A stretch of DNA of 54,026 nucleotides, counting the filler, from Bipalium vagum (taxonomy: Eukaryota), in the NCBI GenBank assembly GCA_037834085.1. It is 3 parts of 3 records of this genome, joined end to end, with 100 filler letters (N's around TTAATTAATTAA, not from the genome) between each part and the next. Parts side by side here need not be neighbours in the genome. Positions count along the whole stretch, not along the records: positions 21,066 to 37,033 come from JBBMKC010135437.1; positions 37,134 to 54,026 come from JBBMKC010082905.1; 1 more part is not named here. The stretch is one strand, 5' to 3'. A program made the translations under genes and the position numbers. The notes under the pieces are model-generated. The model searched no databases, was not told the origin of the DNA, and saw nothing but the letters and a program-made list of their open reading frames with translations. Shown in pieces: positions 24,901 to 37,560 of this stretch (its first letter is position 1; every line of letters starts with the position of its first letter).

Positions 24901-27900
24901 TATCTTATACAAGAGTTGCAGTTATTGGAAAGTGATATTTTACAAGGCTTCTATCAGTTTTGGGGGAGCATCATAATTTTTCAAGTAAAACATCATCTCT
25001 GTGGCGATTTCTCATTCATTTTTAGTCTATAATTCCGATTTCGCTTTATGTCACCATGGAATTAGTGAAAGCCCATCAGATTTTCCATATAACCAATGAC
25101 TTGACGTTATATGACGAAAATTTGCAAAAGAGAATTGAAGTTAAAGCTTACAATATTACTGAAGATATGGGCCAAATAAAGCATATATTTTGTGATAAAA
25201 CTGGTACTCTCACTGATAATGTTATGATATTTAAGAAAGTATCTATTTATGGAAAGAATTATGTAACGGAAGATGACAGCTGTAATTTTTGTTTTATATT
25301 ATTGAGGTTTATACTTACTCTAATATCAATATATAATCAATTACTTTTATTCCTCATTTCAACAGTTTGCACAGATACACGCGTTATAGAATACATTTAA
25401 AAAATCGATAACAAAAAGTATAAACATCAAGAAATTAAAAGTATCCAGAAAAATCTTAAAAATAAGAAAATTCTTTTCTTTCTAAATCATCTTTTAACAT
25501 TCGAGTCGTCCAATTTGAATTTCTTAAAACATTTTTCAATTTGTTTTTATTGACTACTTTGCCGAAAAGTTCGTTTAGATACCAAGAGGTCTGTATATAT
25601 ACCTTCAATCACCTGTCGAATAGAGTTAGTATATCACAAACACAAAATTTTATCAACTAAACATAAAAGAAAATTTTGCATGAAATAAAACTTATATTTG
25701 AAAAAATTATATAAGAAAAATTAAGATAATTGTTAATTTAGCACAAACCTATTACTAAATGAGGAAAATTAATACATAATATAATATTCAACTAAAAAAA
25801 AGTAAATCAGTGGAAATTAATTTTTCAAATAAAATTAAGTCTGATCGTTTTTTATTAAACATTCGAGGTTACCAAGCCAAACTTATTTATAAAATATGTT
25901 TATTTGTGTTAAATTTTTTTATTGAGATATTTTGGATTTTAGTAAAGCTCAAGGCATGTGATACACCATTTACTAGCAACGGGCTGAATTCATATATTAA
26001 TGACTTTTTGAAAGTTGCTTTAATATGCAATAGTTCCGTGATTAGCAAAACTGAAACGAAAGAGAAGAAGGTATAATTATTTTGTGACATTTTTTAATAT
26101 TTTAAAATATAATAAATAATGATTATATACATATTTTAAAAAATAACGGTCCTGGGTACTTAAAATTATTTCCAACATAAATTTAAATTAGTTTTTACGT
26201 CTTAATTTTTTGATAATAACATAATTATTATATTTATTCTAAAAACCAATAACAACCATGACTATTTACAAACACGTTTTATTTTAATGCACTTTTTAAG
26301 GTTTAAATGAAATGTTAATAGCTTACAATCACCTTTACTACAATCAAGACAAATACAAATACTCTGTTCAGCTACTCCAATAAAATAATTAATGGTTTTT
26401 GCTTTCGGTTTTACGTGCTCAATAAGTGATCAATAAATGCACTATGTTAAGAAATGGTTTGTGTCAGTCTACAATAAAGATAAAATATATAATTTTTCCG
26501 TAGCTACCTATTGTCAACACAAATTATCAATAGATGTTAATTATATTTCTCTGTTTTTTTTTCAGAATCACAATTATTAGGTTACAATTTTATTAAATTT
26601 AAATTAATATTATATTGATTAAAATTTATTTTCTAATTCAAAAATACACTATTTTAGCCACAATATCAAGAGAAAACCTTTTTTGTATGATGTTTAACGT
26701 TTTCAAAATACCAAAATCTTCCGTTATTTAAACAAAAAGTTTTATTCAATAAATTAATAATTTTTATCTTTACGCAAAAAATAAACGAATTCATAAAAAT
26801 ATTTAATATATTTTTGAGTACATATAAACTGAATAAAAATATTTCAAAAACTTCAAATTGTTGTTTTCTTTCCTAAATTTTTCACTTTCTCTGGAATCTT
26901 TATAATTAAATTTCTTATTGTTTCTTGAGTGATTTTCTTCGGGTTTCTTTAAAAATGGTATCAACCACTTTTTCATGGATTCATCAATATAAGTTTCTGA
27001 TTCCATGTTGACTCCGTAGACCACACTGGCAAATTGCTTGTCAGACTAATATTTTGGAGCCGAATTCTCAAATAAATATTTTTCTTTGCCACTGATTATG
27101 ACATCAGGTCTGCCAGAATAAAATTTGGATATAGGAAGCGTGGACAAATCTATTTTCACAGTTCTTTCATCTACAACAGCACAATTTGACCAATTAGTAA
27201 GGAATTCCTTATCTAATTGTTAATCAGATTTATTTTGTTTGTTGATCGTGACTTCGCTATGGAGTTTTTCTGCTTTTTATATATCCTTAAATTGTTTCTA
27301 TTCTTAACTTTTTGCACCAACTCTTTTTGTGAGATCTCGTGTTGCTATCCATTTATTCTTGTCTAAACCGTCATATCTCCCAGATGACAGAAAAACCTCA
27401 GGCGAGTGGAAATTACTTAGTGATGAATGGGTTACGTGAAACCTGAAGAGTCGATTAAATCATAGAAAATCAATAATGCTTATTGTCCTTTGGAATTCCA
27501 GAGGCATTGTTCATATGTAGCTTGCTGAGAGAGGTGTTCAATAACTGGAAAATACTACACAAGTTTAGTATTAACAGCTAGGCAGAAGATAAGAAAGCCT
27601 TATCGACAAAATATGTACTATTGCATGACAATGTACCAGTTCACAATTTCGTGATTCACAGGTTGCTATTTAAAATACTTCCTTCATATCGCTTTTACAT
27701 CCTTCCTGCAGTCCTGAATTAGTCTTCAATGATTTCTATCTATTCTCACATCGTAAGAAGGCTCAAAAATGTGAAAAGATGAATTGAAGCTTAGCGCTGA
27801 ATAATTCTTTAAAAATTATTAATCAGATTTTTCAAAAAAATTGTTTAAAAACCTTTCCATCCGTTGACAAAATGTATTGAGATCTTAAGAAGTTATATCG

Positions 27901-30900
27901 AAAAATGAATGATATTATGTCTAAATATATTAAGTTTGCTTGTTATAAAATTTTGCTACTATTATAATATTAGGTAGCCTTTTTAGCTAAAAATTAAACA
28001 CAAAATGAAGACATTTATACAGTTATAAATAAAAGATTAAAAATAAATTTAAATTTAAATTAAATAGATTAAAACAGTTAAATAAAACATTTTCTTTATT
28101 TTTGGTAATAAATTCTACATGGCTAACACTTTTGAGCATGAGTATATTTAATCATACCATTCTGTTCCACAACATTTAGCCATCTTTGAGGAAGCTTCAT
28201 CAACCAACCCTCCCAGAATTTATCTTTTTTAAAGATTTATATATGTCCAGTTCGTTTTTGCAGTTCTCTGAATTTTTTCCAGCAAGAACATTTTTGAGAG
28301 ATTTGAGCAAATGAAAATCTGAAGGTGCTAGGTCAGGTGAATATGTATGGTGACTTAGTTGCTCCCAACCAAGCTCTGCTGTAATTTTCTGATGTGTCGT
28401 CAAAGACACGTGAGGTAGGACGTTATCCTGGTGGAAAACAATAGTCTTTCGATTGGCCAAAGTAGGGTGCTTCTCATCGATTCAGTTGAGAACAATATTT
28501 GATGAAGTTTAACATCTTGCGGAAGGAGTTCATAATATATATTACACCCTTCAATCCAACGAAATGCTGAGTAGGGTTTTCTTTGGATGTAATTCAGCTT
28601 TTGTGGTGGTTTTTGGAGACTCACTTGATTTTGACCAAGACCTTTTACGTTTGGATTATTAAAAACAACCCATTTTTCATCGCCCGTAAGTGTTCTTTTC
28701 AAAAATGGACTTTTTTCTTATGAGTAAGAAACTACAAATAAAAACACGAATAATTAATTGCATCTCAGTCAATTCATGAGATATCTAAAGATCATATGGA
28801 TTTATATACCCCAGTGTCTTCAAATGCATTGAAAAACTTACATTGGATATCTTGAATCTTTCTGCGATGGATCTTATCGAATGGGATTCCTTTTCAATAA
28901 TTGATTCTATGGAATCATCATTTACGATAGGAGGCCTACCATAGCGGCCCATGTATTCTAACTCGAATATACCTTGCTTTCGGCAACTGAATCTCCTCAT
29001 AGACTGAACAAATCTTCCTCACTGTCTCAGAACCACTTTTACTTTTTCAACATAAAATTCCTAAAATGCATTTTATTTTGTTCCATTTTAAATAATGTTA
29101 AATCAAAATTAAAAAACATTTATCTATTTATTTATAATTAATTTTTGTAGAATATTAATAATTGTAATGAATAAAAGGAAGTGTATCACCCTTAAAATTG
29201 AAGAAAAATTGAAATTATAAGAATTTGTGAAGGATATTTATCGATATCAGACAAACAAGTTAGATCAATAGGAAATATATGTATACAAAGATTTTATTAA
29301 TAAAGCAGAAATTCTTGGTCAAGTAGATGAAAATTATTTTCTGAATATAGATTTCAATGAAAATGATATCTTGTTAAGTATTGCTTCAGATTCATTACTA
29401 AACCATTTTTGAATGACAATGAATATGATGTTAACGGTCAATTAGAAATAGAGCCAAGAATTGTGACAAAATTAGCATGCTATAAAGCCCTAAAGCAAAT
29501 AAAGGTATTGTATTAGTGGAAATTAGTAAATAGTTGAAGAAAAAGAGAAAATATAAATACGTTTGATACCTAGTTTATTACACAATAATTTTTTCGAAAC
29601 TGTTGTTTTTAGTTTTTAAAAAATTTTTGTATGTTTAATAGTTACATGACATTTTTTTATTATGTCATTATTACCCATAATCGCCATTTTCTGTGAACCA
29701 CTGATTTTTTGAACTGCCGCTTTTTGCCAATGATAGAGTAAATACCTTATATACTATAATGAAATATATCTATTACAGCCTTATTCCATTAAAATCCACA
29801 TTTTGTATTAACTAAATATTATTTGGTTATTATCAATTATCAAAAGATAACATTGGTTTTGATTTTATTTAATCAGATTACTATGATAGAAAAATAAAAA
29901 ATAAAAATATTATAATTCTACGTTTATTTGTAAATTTTACAGTACCAGAAATAGAATCTAGCGTTTCAATTAGTTGCCTAGGATGTTAAATAATAATTTC
30001 TTTTGAATATAAGTTTTACGGTTTAGTTAGTCCATATGAATGTTGATAGCACGTTGAATGCTGAATCTGTTATCACACCCCATGGACAATGGAGCTCTAA
30101 AGAGTCGTCGGATTTAACTTTTTTTGGTATTGAATCTAAAGTAATTATTGAAAATATTCCCCCTGTTATCTTGGAAGATACAATTCCTATTCCTAAAGAT
30201 TTGACTCAATTGAATATTGAAAAAGCAGAAAGTATTCAATCAGTTAGCAGTTTCAAGTAAGTTTTAATTTTAATTTATTAATATTATTCCTTTATTTATT
30301 TTTATTATAAGTTATTTTAGTAGTTAAATATATAATTTTTATTTAATTCTCTATCTCAAACTCTGTAATTTTTTGAAAGGTTTTTATTTCTTATTTTCGA
30401 AAAATTTTATCAAAAATAACTTAGATTTTCTTTTTCAAATCAATTGAAAACTTTTTAAAAGAAAGACATTTTTTATGTATGAATGTTTTAAAAGTTAAAT
30501 ATTATTTTATTACTGTACAATAGACTAATATTAATATTGTACAGAAAACTTTAATTTTTGCATAAATTTTGTATGGCGCAGTTTTGAAAGTGGAAAATCG
30601 AAATGAACATTTTAGAAATATTTTATATTACTTCATAAAAGGTATAAGAACTCCAGAAACATATCGAAAACTTCTTTTTAGTTTATGGCAAAGACACTTT
30701 AACAGAACGTACTTGTCAGGTTTGGTTTAAAAAAATTTCGTTCTGGATTTTTTTCTTTCAAGATAAATCGTGCTCTGATAGGCTAATGAAAATTTAAAAA
30801 GAAAATCCATAAATCGAGCTAACCGTTTTTTTACCGTTCGTGAGATTGCGAAAAAGTGTAATCCATTCAGAACAATTATTTGGTAATTTGCTACACATCC

Positions 30901-33900
30901 CCTAAAGAAATGAAAAATGGGCTTAAACGTATAAAAATAAGGTATTTGCTTTCGAATTTTAATGTTTGGCTACCACAAGAAATTAGTGATAATATAGAGT
31001 TTGAAAAGTATATTTTGATGATTAAAAGCTAAAAAATTGAGTGTTCTGGATAATGTTAATTGAAAAAAATTGTTAAATAGAAATTAAGTTTGAAAGGTTA
31101 AGTTGGATTGAAGAAAATTTAGTTTCAAGTTCAATAAAAGAATCATATGTTAGAGATTAGAACATGCATTAGTTAAAAAGTAAGTGATATTTTCTTCAGC
31201 TTCTAAATTGCACACTTAAGAATTTATTTCTATTCAAATAATCAAAATCTGTTTTAAAACTAAGATTGAGAGAAAAGGTTTCCAAATCTTTAATTAAAAT
31301 ATAAAAAAAATTAAAATTTCGGATCCCGAAGTTTTCTAATTTTCTATTTAGCAAATCGGCAATCAAGCAAAATCAAATCACGTTCTATAGACCTCTTTCG
31401 AATAGTGAATTGTTTCCTCTTATTTTAAGTGAGAGTCCAGATGAAGATGCCCTAGTAAAAATGGGGTTGGATAATGGATATAGGCTTCACTATCGGAGTA
31501 CCGACAAATTAGTAATATGGAATGAAAGTAATTTATGAGCTTTTTGCAATTGATTTATAATTTCTTTTTTATCAGTTGAATCAAGGTGGATGAATTTCGA
31601 TATTCTTAAGGTGTTGCCATTTGATTCTGATAGGAAATGCATGTCTGTAATCGTGAGAGAGATTGGAAGCAAAGAAATTATATTGTATTGTAAAGGTGCA
31701 GATTCGACAATGTTTAAAAAACTAAGTATTAATATATTTCTTTATTAATTTAATAATATTCAGTCACAAAATAACCAAAATATCCGTTATTTTAATGATG
31801 CACTAAAATCTAAAGAAATTTTTTGTTCAATAATTTTATTTAAGAATTGTTATCTACTTTCACTTCATGTTACCACGGTAATGAAATGAAATATTAATTG
31901 TCCTGAAAGTTTTAAATTTTAGAAAATGTTATTTGATAATGCTTAGATATTGATTACTCATTTACGTGTTAACTAATGAAAATATATTGTAACGGTTGTG
32001 GTGGTTAAAATGCTCCTCAAAGTAATAAATATTGGAAAAGAATGACTGATATTTGAAAATTTATTTTTCAAAAATAAAATTTCATAACGCATCGGATTTC
32101 TTTTTTTTGAAGTTTTGCGCACCTCTTTTAATTCGGATAAACGAATGATATTAATATATTTTTTATAATTATTTATACCAAAGATTTGGTTTTACTAATT
32201 GTTTTTAAAAAATTGCCGAATTTTCCGGGTTAAGTCGTTATGTTTTACAAAAAATTATATATTTTGGTGTATGCGACTTAAAAACCGTTGTGAATTATAT
32301 ATGGATGTTATAAAATTTTTTATAATAAAAATAAAATTATTAAAAATTTATTAATTTTATTTGCTTATTTAAAATTGGGTTATATAGAAAATAAAATGTC
32401 ATGAACGATAGAAATTATTTTTAATAAAAATTTCAATTCTTTATTTACTTTGTCATTGGTTTTTTAAACTATAAAAAACGGTGGAATCATATTTGTACTC
32501 ATGATAACTATCAATTTAAAGAATTAATATGAAAATGTCTTTTTGACAAAATTTAATCAAAAATGATCTTTTTATTTTAATTATAATAATTAGTTTTTAT
32601 GCCTTAGTTTTAAATTAAACAAACAAGTATTTAAAAAAATTCCTTCTGAATAGAAAATACACATAAAATAACTTTATTTTATATTATAAAATTTTTAATC
32701 AATTTAATTGTCAAAATATTTTTACAGAAAGAAAATATCAAAACAATGAGCTTTCTCAAAAAATCAAATCAGATATTAGTTCCTTTGCTAGGGACGGATT
32801 ACGAACTTTAGTGATGGCAAAGAGAGTAAGAAGAGTCATTGTTTTCATTTGAAAATAATCATAAAAATTAAACTAATTGATGAAATTATTTTTTTAACTG
32901 ATTTTATTTGTTTTTTTAATGATAATTGTTCAATAATAATATAGATAAATATTCAATAACTGAATAATAGGTTTTTAAAAATATTGATTAAAACAAAGCT
33001 CTCATTAATTTTTGAAATAATTTATGTGTTTAAAAGAAATATTTCATTTTAATAGAAATAATAGTATAAATTCACCATTTTTATTTCAACTTTTTATATT
33101 TATATTTTTGAAATTTTCAAAATATTGGTATTTCAATATAACCAACATTTCTTACCCTTGAAAATGAGTATTATTATTAACTTATGATATCCCAATTATA
33201 TTAATAAGCCTTTTGTATTATATCCTGTTTTATGGTTTATTAAGTTTAAAAACTTAAAAATTAATGTAAAAGTAAAATTGAAAGTATTTTATGGTAGTCA
33301 TTTATATCATATCTTCCTTAGACTATCAAGGAGAACGAGTTTATAAAATTTGAAGAGTATTTACAAAATGCAGAATGTGAATTAGCCAATAATGAGATAT
33401 CAATCAGAAATGTTTTTGACTCTATTGAAAAAAATCTTGATTTAATCGGTAAATAATTTTTTTGATCTTATTAAAAAATTTATAATTTATTAGAATTCTT
33501 GAAAAAAATAAAGAAAACTTCATTAAAATTTAAATTAATTTAAAAAAAATTATGGTTTTTTAGAAATAAATAATTTTTTGTTTTATATTTCTGTTAAACA
33601 GGAGCAGTTGGATTAGAGGATAAGTTACAAGAATTTGTTCCAGAAGTTCTCGAATGCCTGAAAGAGGCCGGTATAAATATTTGGGTCTTAACAGGTGATA
33701 AAAAAGAAACGGCAGTTAGCATTGCTTTTTCCACAAGACTTTTTACCGATAAAATGACTTTGCTCGAAATATGCTGTGATAATAAGGTATATTTCTATTT
33801 CATTGATTTTTTTCTTAATTTGTTAAATTCCTTTTAATTTATATATTTGTTTTTTGATTAATTGATAAAGATTGTATCTAGTATAAAGAAAAGCTTATTA

Positions 33901-35169
33901 ATAATTTACATATAATATGAACTCTTTTATAAAGTAATTGGGTAAAAAAGATATTGCGAACAATTAATCTGATTATAGGATGTTATCTAACGTAAACATC
34001 CTGTAATGGTCAATATTAGGTATACTGTTAAATAATACAGATTTTTAAAAAAAGTATTTTTTATGTTATAAAGTAAAATATATAATCAAGTTCATCATTG
34101 AATCAATTAAAACTTTCATCGATTAAAAACACTCTTCATTGGTAAATTGAAAGAATATTGTTCTCCACAATTATAATGCCTAGTTTAGCACTATACGATT
34201 TCTATTTGACAAGTCCCTCTAAATATTATTTGATGGAAATTTTTCAAAACTTCTGAACACAACAAAAAGCTCCATTTTCAAAAAATTTTAAATTTATGAG
34301 AGTTTTTTTTAATAAAGCTTTCTCCAATGTGGAACAAGCTGGTGCATATTTTATTGATAATGTTGTAATAACGGTATATATTACTGAAAAACTTTATTTG
34401 ATTTTCAATTGAATTATTTTCCCACATAATACATCATTAATTTTTATGCTAAATCAAAATCGATTTTAACATAATTTAAAATAATTTCATCATATATCAT
34501 TGGAAAAATTCCAAAATTTTGAGAATCAAGTCAAAACCTAAAATATCGATAGCATTGATTTTTTATAAAATGAGATTTCAAAAATGAAAATTATTGAATT
34601 TTTAATAATTAGACCATTCTTTCAGGAAAAATTAGCTGACCAAATGATATCAATAAGGTTACAGGTAGAAAATAGTATGTGTAATAGTAAGTTGGGGACC
34701 AACACCGAGCCATGTGAACACGAAAATTTTGGATTGGTAATTGACGGAGCTAGTCTGTCAATTATTTTGGATTCGAATGAATTCGAGGAAAATTTGAAAC
34801 ATAAATTTCTCCACATTGCATATTTTTGCACCAGTGTAATATGCTGCAGGTGTACTCCAATTCAAAAAGTATTTAATTGATAAAAAAATTTTGCATTTCA
34901 TTTAATTTTAGGGAGAAATAGTTAAATTGATTAAGACTGAATATAAGGTTAGGACTCTTGCTATTGGAGACGGAGCTAATGATGTGAATATGATTCAAAC
35001 TGCAGACGTTGGCGTTGGAATTGGTGGAAAAGAAGGGGCCCAGGCTACAATGGCTTCAGATTTTGCAATTTCACAATTTAGATATTTGAAACGATTGGTT
35101 TTGGTTCATGGTCATTGGTCATATGACAAATTAGCAAGAATGTCTCTTTTTATGTTTTATAAGGACATG
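21945..35169 (+). CDS. ATP10: P4-ATPase phospholipid flippase, class V (ATP10A/B/D-like); 3'-incomplete
   Basis: 16 GT-AG exons spliced by hand in continuous frame (2886 nt, 962 codons): 21945-22312, 22359-22566, 23484-23566, 23614-23726, 24066-24197, 24854-24984, 25026-25281, 25943-26070, 30027-30256, 31352-31527, 31576-31725, 32728-32825, 33322-33448, 33602-33786, 34626-34868, 34912-35169. Motifs: RTTKY, DGET, IPISLY, DKTGT, ESPDE, FDSDRK, KGADS, GLRTL, TGDK, GDGAND, HGHW. Class V is suggested by LNFIP..F.KE, YAG.ETK..NN..R.KRS, FQ..IPISL, HGHW.Y..LA.M and a long N-domain insert. Exons for TM6-10 were not found before the scaffold end. Confidence 0.95.
23040..23430 (-). mobile_element. Mariner fragment in ATPase intron 2
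   Basis: Reads [46 protein letters not shown] and a decayed QDN motif. Confidence 0.8.
26930..27340 (-). mobile_element. ITmD37E-like transposase fragment in ATPase intron 8
   Basis: Reads [24 protein letters not shown] and [18 protein letters not shown], matching the DD37E pattern CxxMDDETYVKxDxxQLPGxxFY...YxxECLxKRLLPF. Confidence 0.6.
27370..27910 (+). mobile_element. Mariner fragment in ATPase intron 8
   Basis: Reads [29 protein letters not shown] and [18 protein letters not shown]. Confidence 0.8.
28130..29090 (-). mobile_element. Near-full-length degenerate mariner in ATPase intron 8
   Basis: Reads [33 protein letters not shown] and [21 protein letters not shown]. Confidence 0.92.
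29167..29750 (+). mobile_element. pogo/Tigger-like remnant
   Basis: [16 protein letters not shown] resembles the CENP-B-type HTH start of pogo transposases. The rest is heavily decayed. Confidence 0.35.
30560..30990 (+). mobile_element. Mariner 5' fragment in ATPase intron 9
   Basis: Reads [41 protein letters not shown] and VWLPQE. Confidence 0.75.
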
Positions 35170-36672
35170 GTAAGTGTTAAGTCATGTTTTTAATAGATTT
35201 TTAATGTTTATTGATAGATTTTTTTAATGTGAAATTTATAATATTTATCAAAAATCAAAATTGATGTTCTTTCTAATTAAAATCTGATTACCATGAAGCA
35301 AAAAAAATTTGTTAACAAAATTATTTAACTCAATAATAATAGTGATAAATTATTTAATGATTTCTGGTTTAAATAAAATAATTTTTTTATTAAAGAAAGT
35401 TTGAAACGACTATTATTAATGGAAATCATTAGGACCAAATTTTGGTTAGTAAAAATAATTGGCTTTGATCTTGGTACATTATATTCAATATTATAATGTT
35501 TCGCTTTATTCCAATGTGAAAAATGTCTTTTTTGTTAATTTGGACAGCTTTTGCTGCTTTCATATAACGATTTTTAGTAATGATAATTTTGTTATTATCT
35601 AGTGAAAATTTAAATAAAATCTTGACCTCTCTTTTAACTGATCTGATCTGATTCCATTTCATCAATAATGCCTCGATAAAAGACTTCAATCCGAATATAT
35701 TAAAAATAATAATAAAAAATTAATTTTTTATTTTGTATTAACCAAATGGTTAATTATATTTAAAAAATATGATTATATATGTAATATGATGTAATTGCTT
35801 ATACCATACAACTAGAAAATCAGAAACCGCTCTTACCGAAGAACGTGCTATAACTATCAATCACAAATGGTTTATATTAATCATAATTTTTGTCTTTCCT
35901 CTCTCAATATACAAAAAAACTTGGAATCGACATAAACAAGACTACAACGTCAAAATTATATTTCTCTTCCACATACTATTCCTTGTTATCATTACTACAC
36001 TTATTAATCATCGTTCTTGTCAAACAAATCGACTTACTAAAAATGTAAAAAGATATCAATTATTGCATCACTTTAACAAACTAAAATCGCAAATATTAAA
36101 AAGCTAAAATCACTGAAATAGATTGACCAAATAATGATCATACAAAAATAAAATGAGCCAACAAAATTTAAAATGATAAATAAAATTAAAATAAGAATAT
36201 CTAATACGTACACTTAATAAAATATGAAAAATATAATCAGTTAAATTACTAATGTTAACTGTTTAATAAAAACAAAATTTCGTTCTCAATCAGTTTTCTC
36301 ATCAACAACCTGCATTTTTAAAACGCTGAATAGATGATTAATCATACCTGAGTGAGGCTGTTATATTTTTTTCTCTGACCCTACAAATGTTATCAAGGAC
36401 AACCTTCCTCTTTGACAAACACTATCACTATCTCCTATATTCTCAACGGATGCGTTATATCTTCATAAGTCATTGATGTCAATGAGTCTCGATGAACTTC
36501 TGTCCATCAGTTGAACTGGAACGTATCTTCTTCGCCATCAGTCCCCATTTAAAAAGTTTAATGGTTGTATGCGCCCTGTTAAGCATGTCATAATTGTATT
36601 TAATGCTCCAATTCTCAACATAAAACAGCCTCCTCAAAGAGTTGGTAAAAATACTTAAAAAATATTTAAATT

Positions 36673-37033
36673 ATGGAAGGCTGTAAAATCAAAGAGGAAC
36701 AGAAGTGCATCATTAAAAGGTTGGATGCATTGGAGGAAAAAATTAACTTGATCTATGAAAAATTTTCCGTGGACAACCTTGACAAAGCCCAGATGGACGA
36801 AGGACAAAGAAGAGTTAACTACAGCAATAGAAAAAACTTTAATACGTCAGAATCCAAGGCGGTTGAAGAGTCTCAGAAGACATCTACAGAAGTCGGAGGA
36901 GCATTAGTAGCATCATCAAATAAAAATACAAAATTAAGGCAACCGAAAGGATATACCAAGTACTTTACGAGAACACTGAGAAAAGAGGAATTTGAAAAGT
37001 TGCTATTGTTTCTTCCAGAAATAAAGCATTTGA
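36673..37033 (+). CDS. Intronless ORF cut by the scaffold end; possibly retroelement ORF1/gag N-terminus
   Basis: 120 open codons with an N-terminal coiled-coil-like segment (IIKRLDALEEKINLIYEK) and a low-complexity linker. It lies downstream of the last ATPase exon found, presumably in an intron, and has no ATPase similarity. Confidence 0.35.
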
Positions 37034-37133
37034 NNNNNNNNNNNNNNNNNNNNNNNNNNNNNNNNNNNNNNNNNNNNTTAATTAATTAANNNNNNNNNNN
37101 NNNNNNNNNNNNNNNNNNNNNNNNNNNNNNNNN
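37034..37133. other. Artificial scaffold-concatenation linker
   Basis: Same 44 N + TTAATTAATTAA + 44 N structure. Confidence 0.97.
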
Positions 37134-37560
37134 AAAATCCCGTCTCTCTGCTCAGATTGCAATAAAGTTATTGTTTTTTGACTGTCTGTCACAGAGCCTG
37201 TCTCATTGAAACCACAAATTTTGCTTTTCTAGAATTGCCTTATGTGTGGACATTTTCTCTTGGATCAAATTAGAGTGAATATTTTGACGAGAACTCACTT
37301 GTATCGAGTAGAGGAAAACATCTAATTTGAAATGATCCAATAATTAGTTTATTAAAACAAAACATCGATAGCAAATTATTTTTCATTCAATTAATCAATT
37401 TTAAAGCACTCAAGAATAAATCAAATAGTTTAAGTGAGAATTTTAGAATCAAAGGGATGACATGTACAATATTATCTGTACTTTTCTGAAAGTTAAGTAA
37501 GTCTAATTGAATTGGAACCATTTAGACTCATCCAACGATATAATTGAGGCATCTAGTTAA

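Noticed and set aside
25282-25400. Hydrophobic tail of ORF 25056-25400 as a TM helix
   Set aside because: It is intron read-through past the GT donor at 25282.
29877-29984. Possible extra ATPase micro-exons before 30027
   Set aside because: They need a phase-1 upstream donor and a 21-nt intron. The direct 26070>30027 splice is already in frame.
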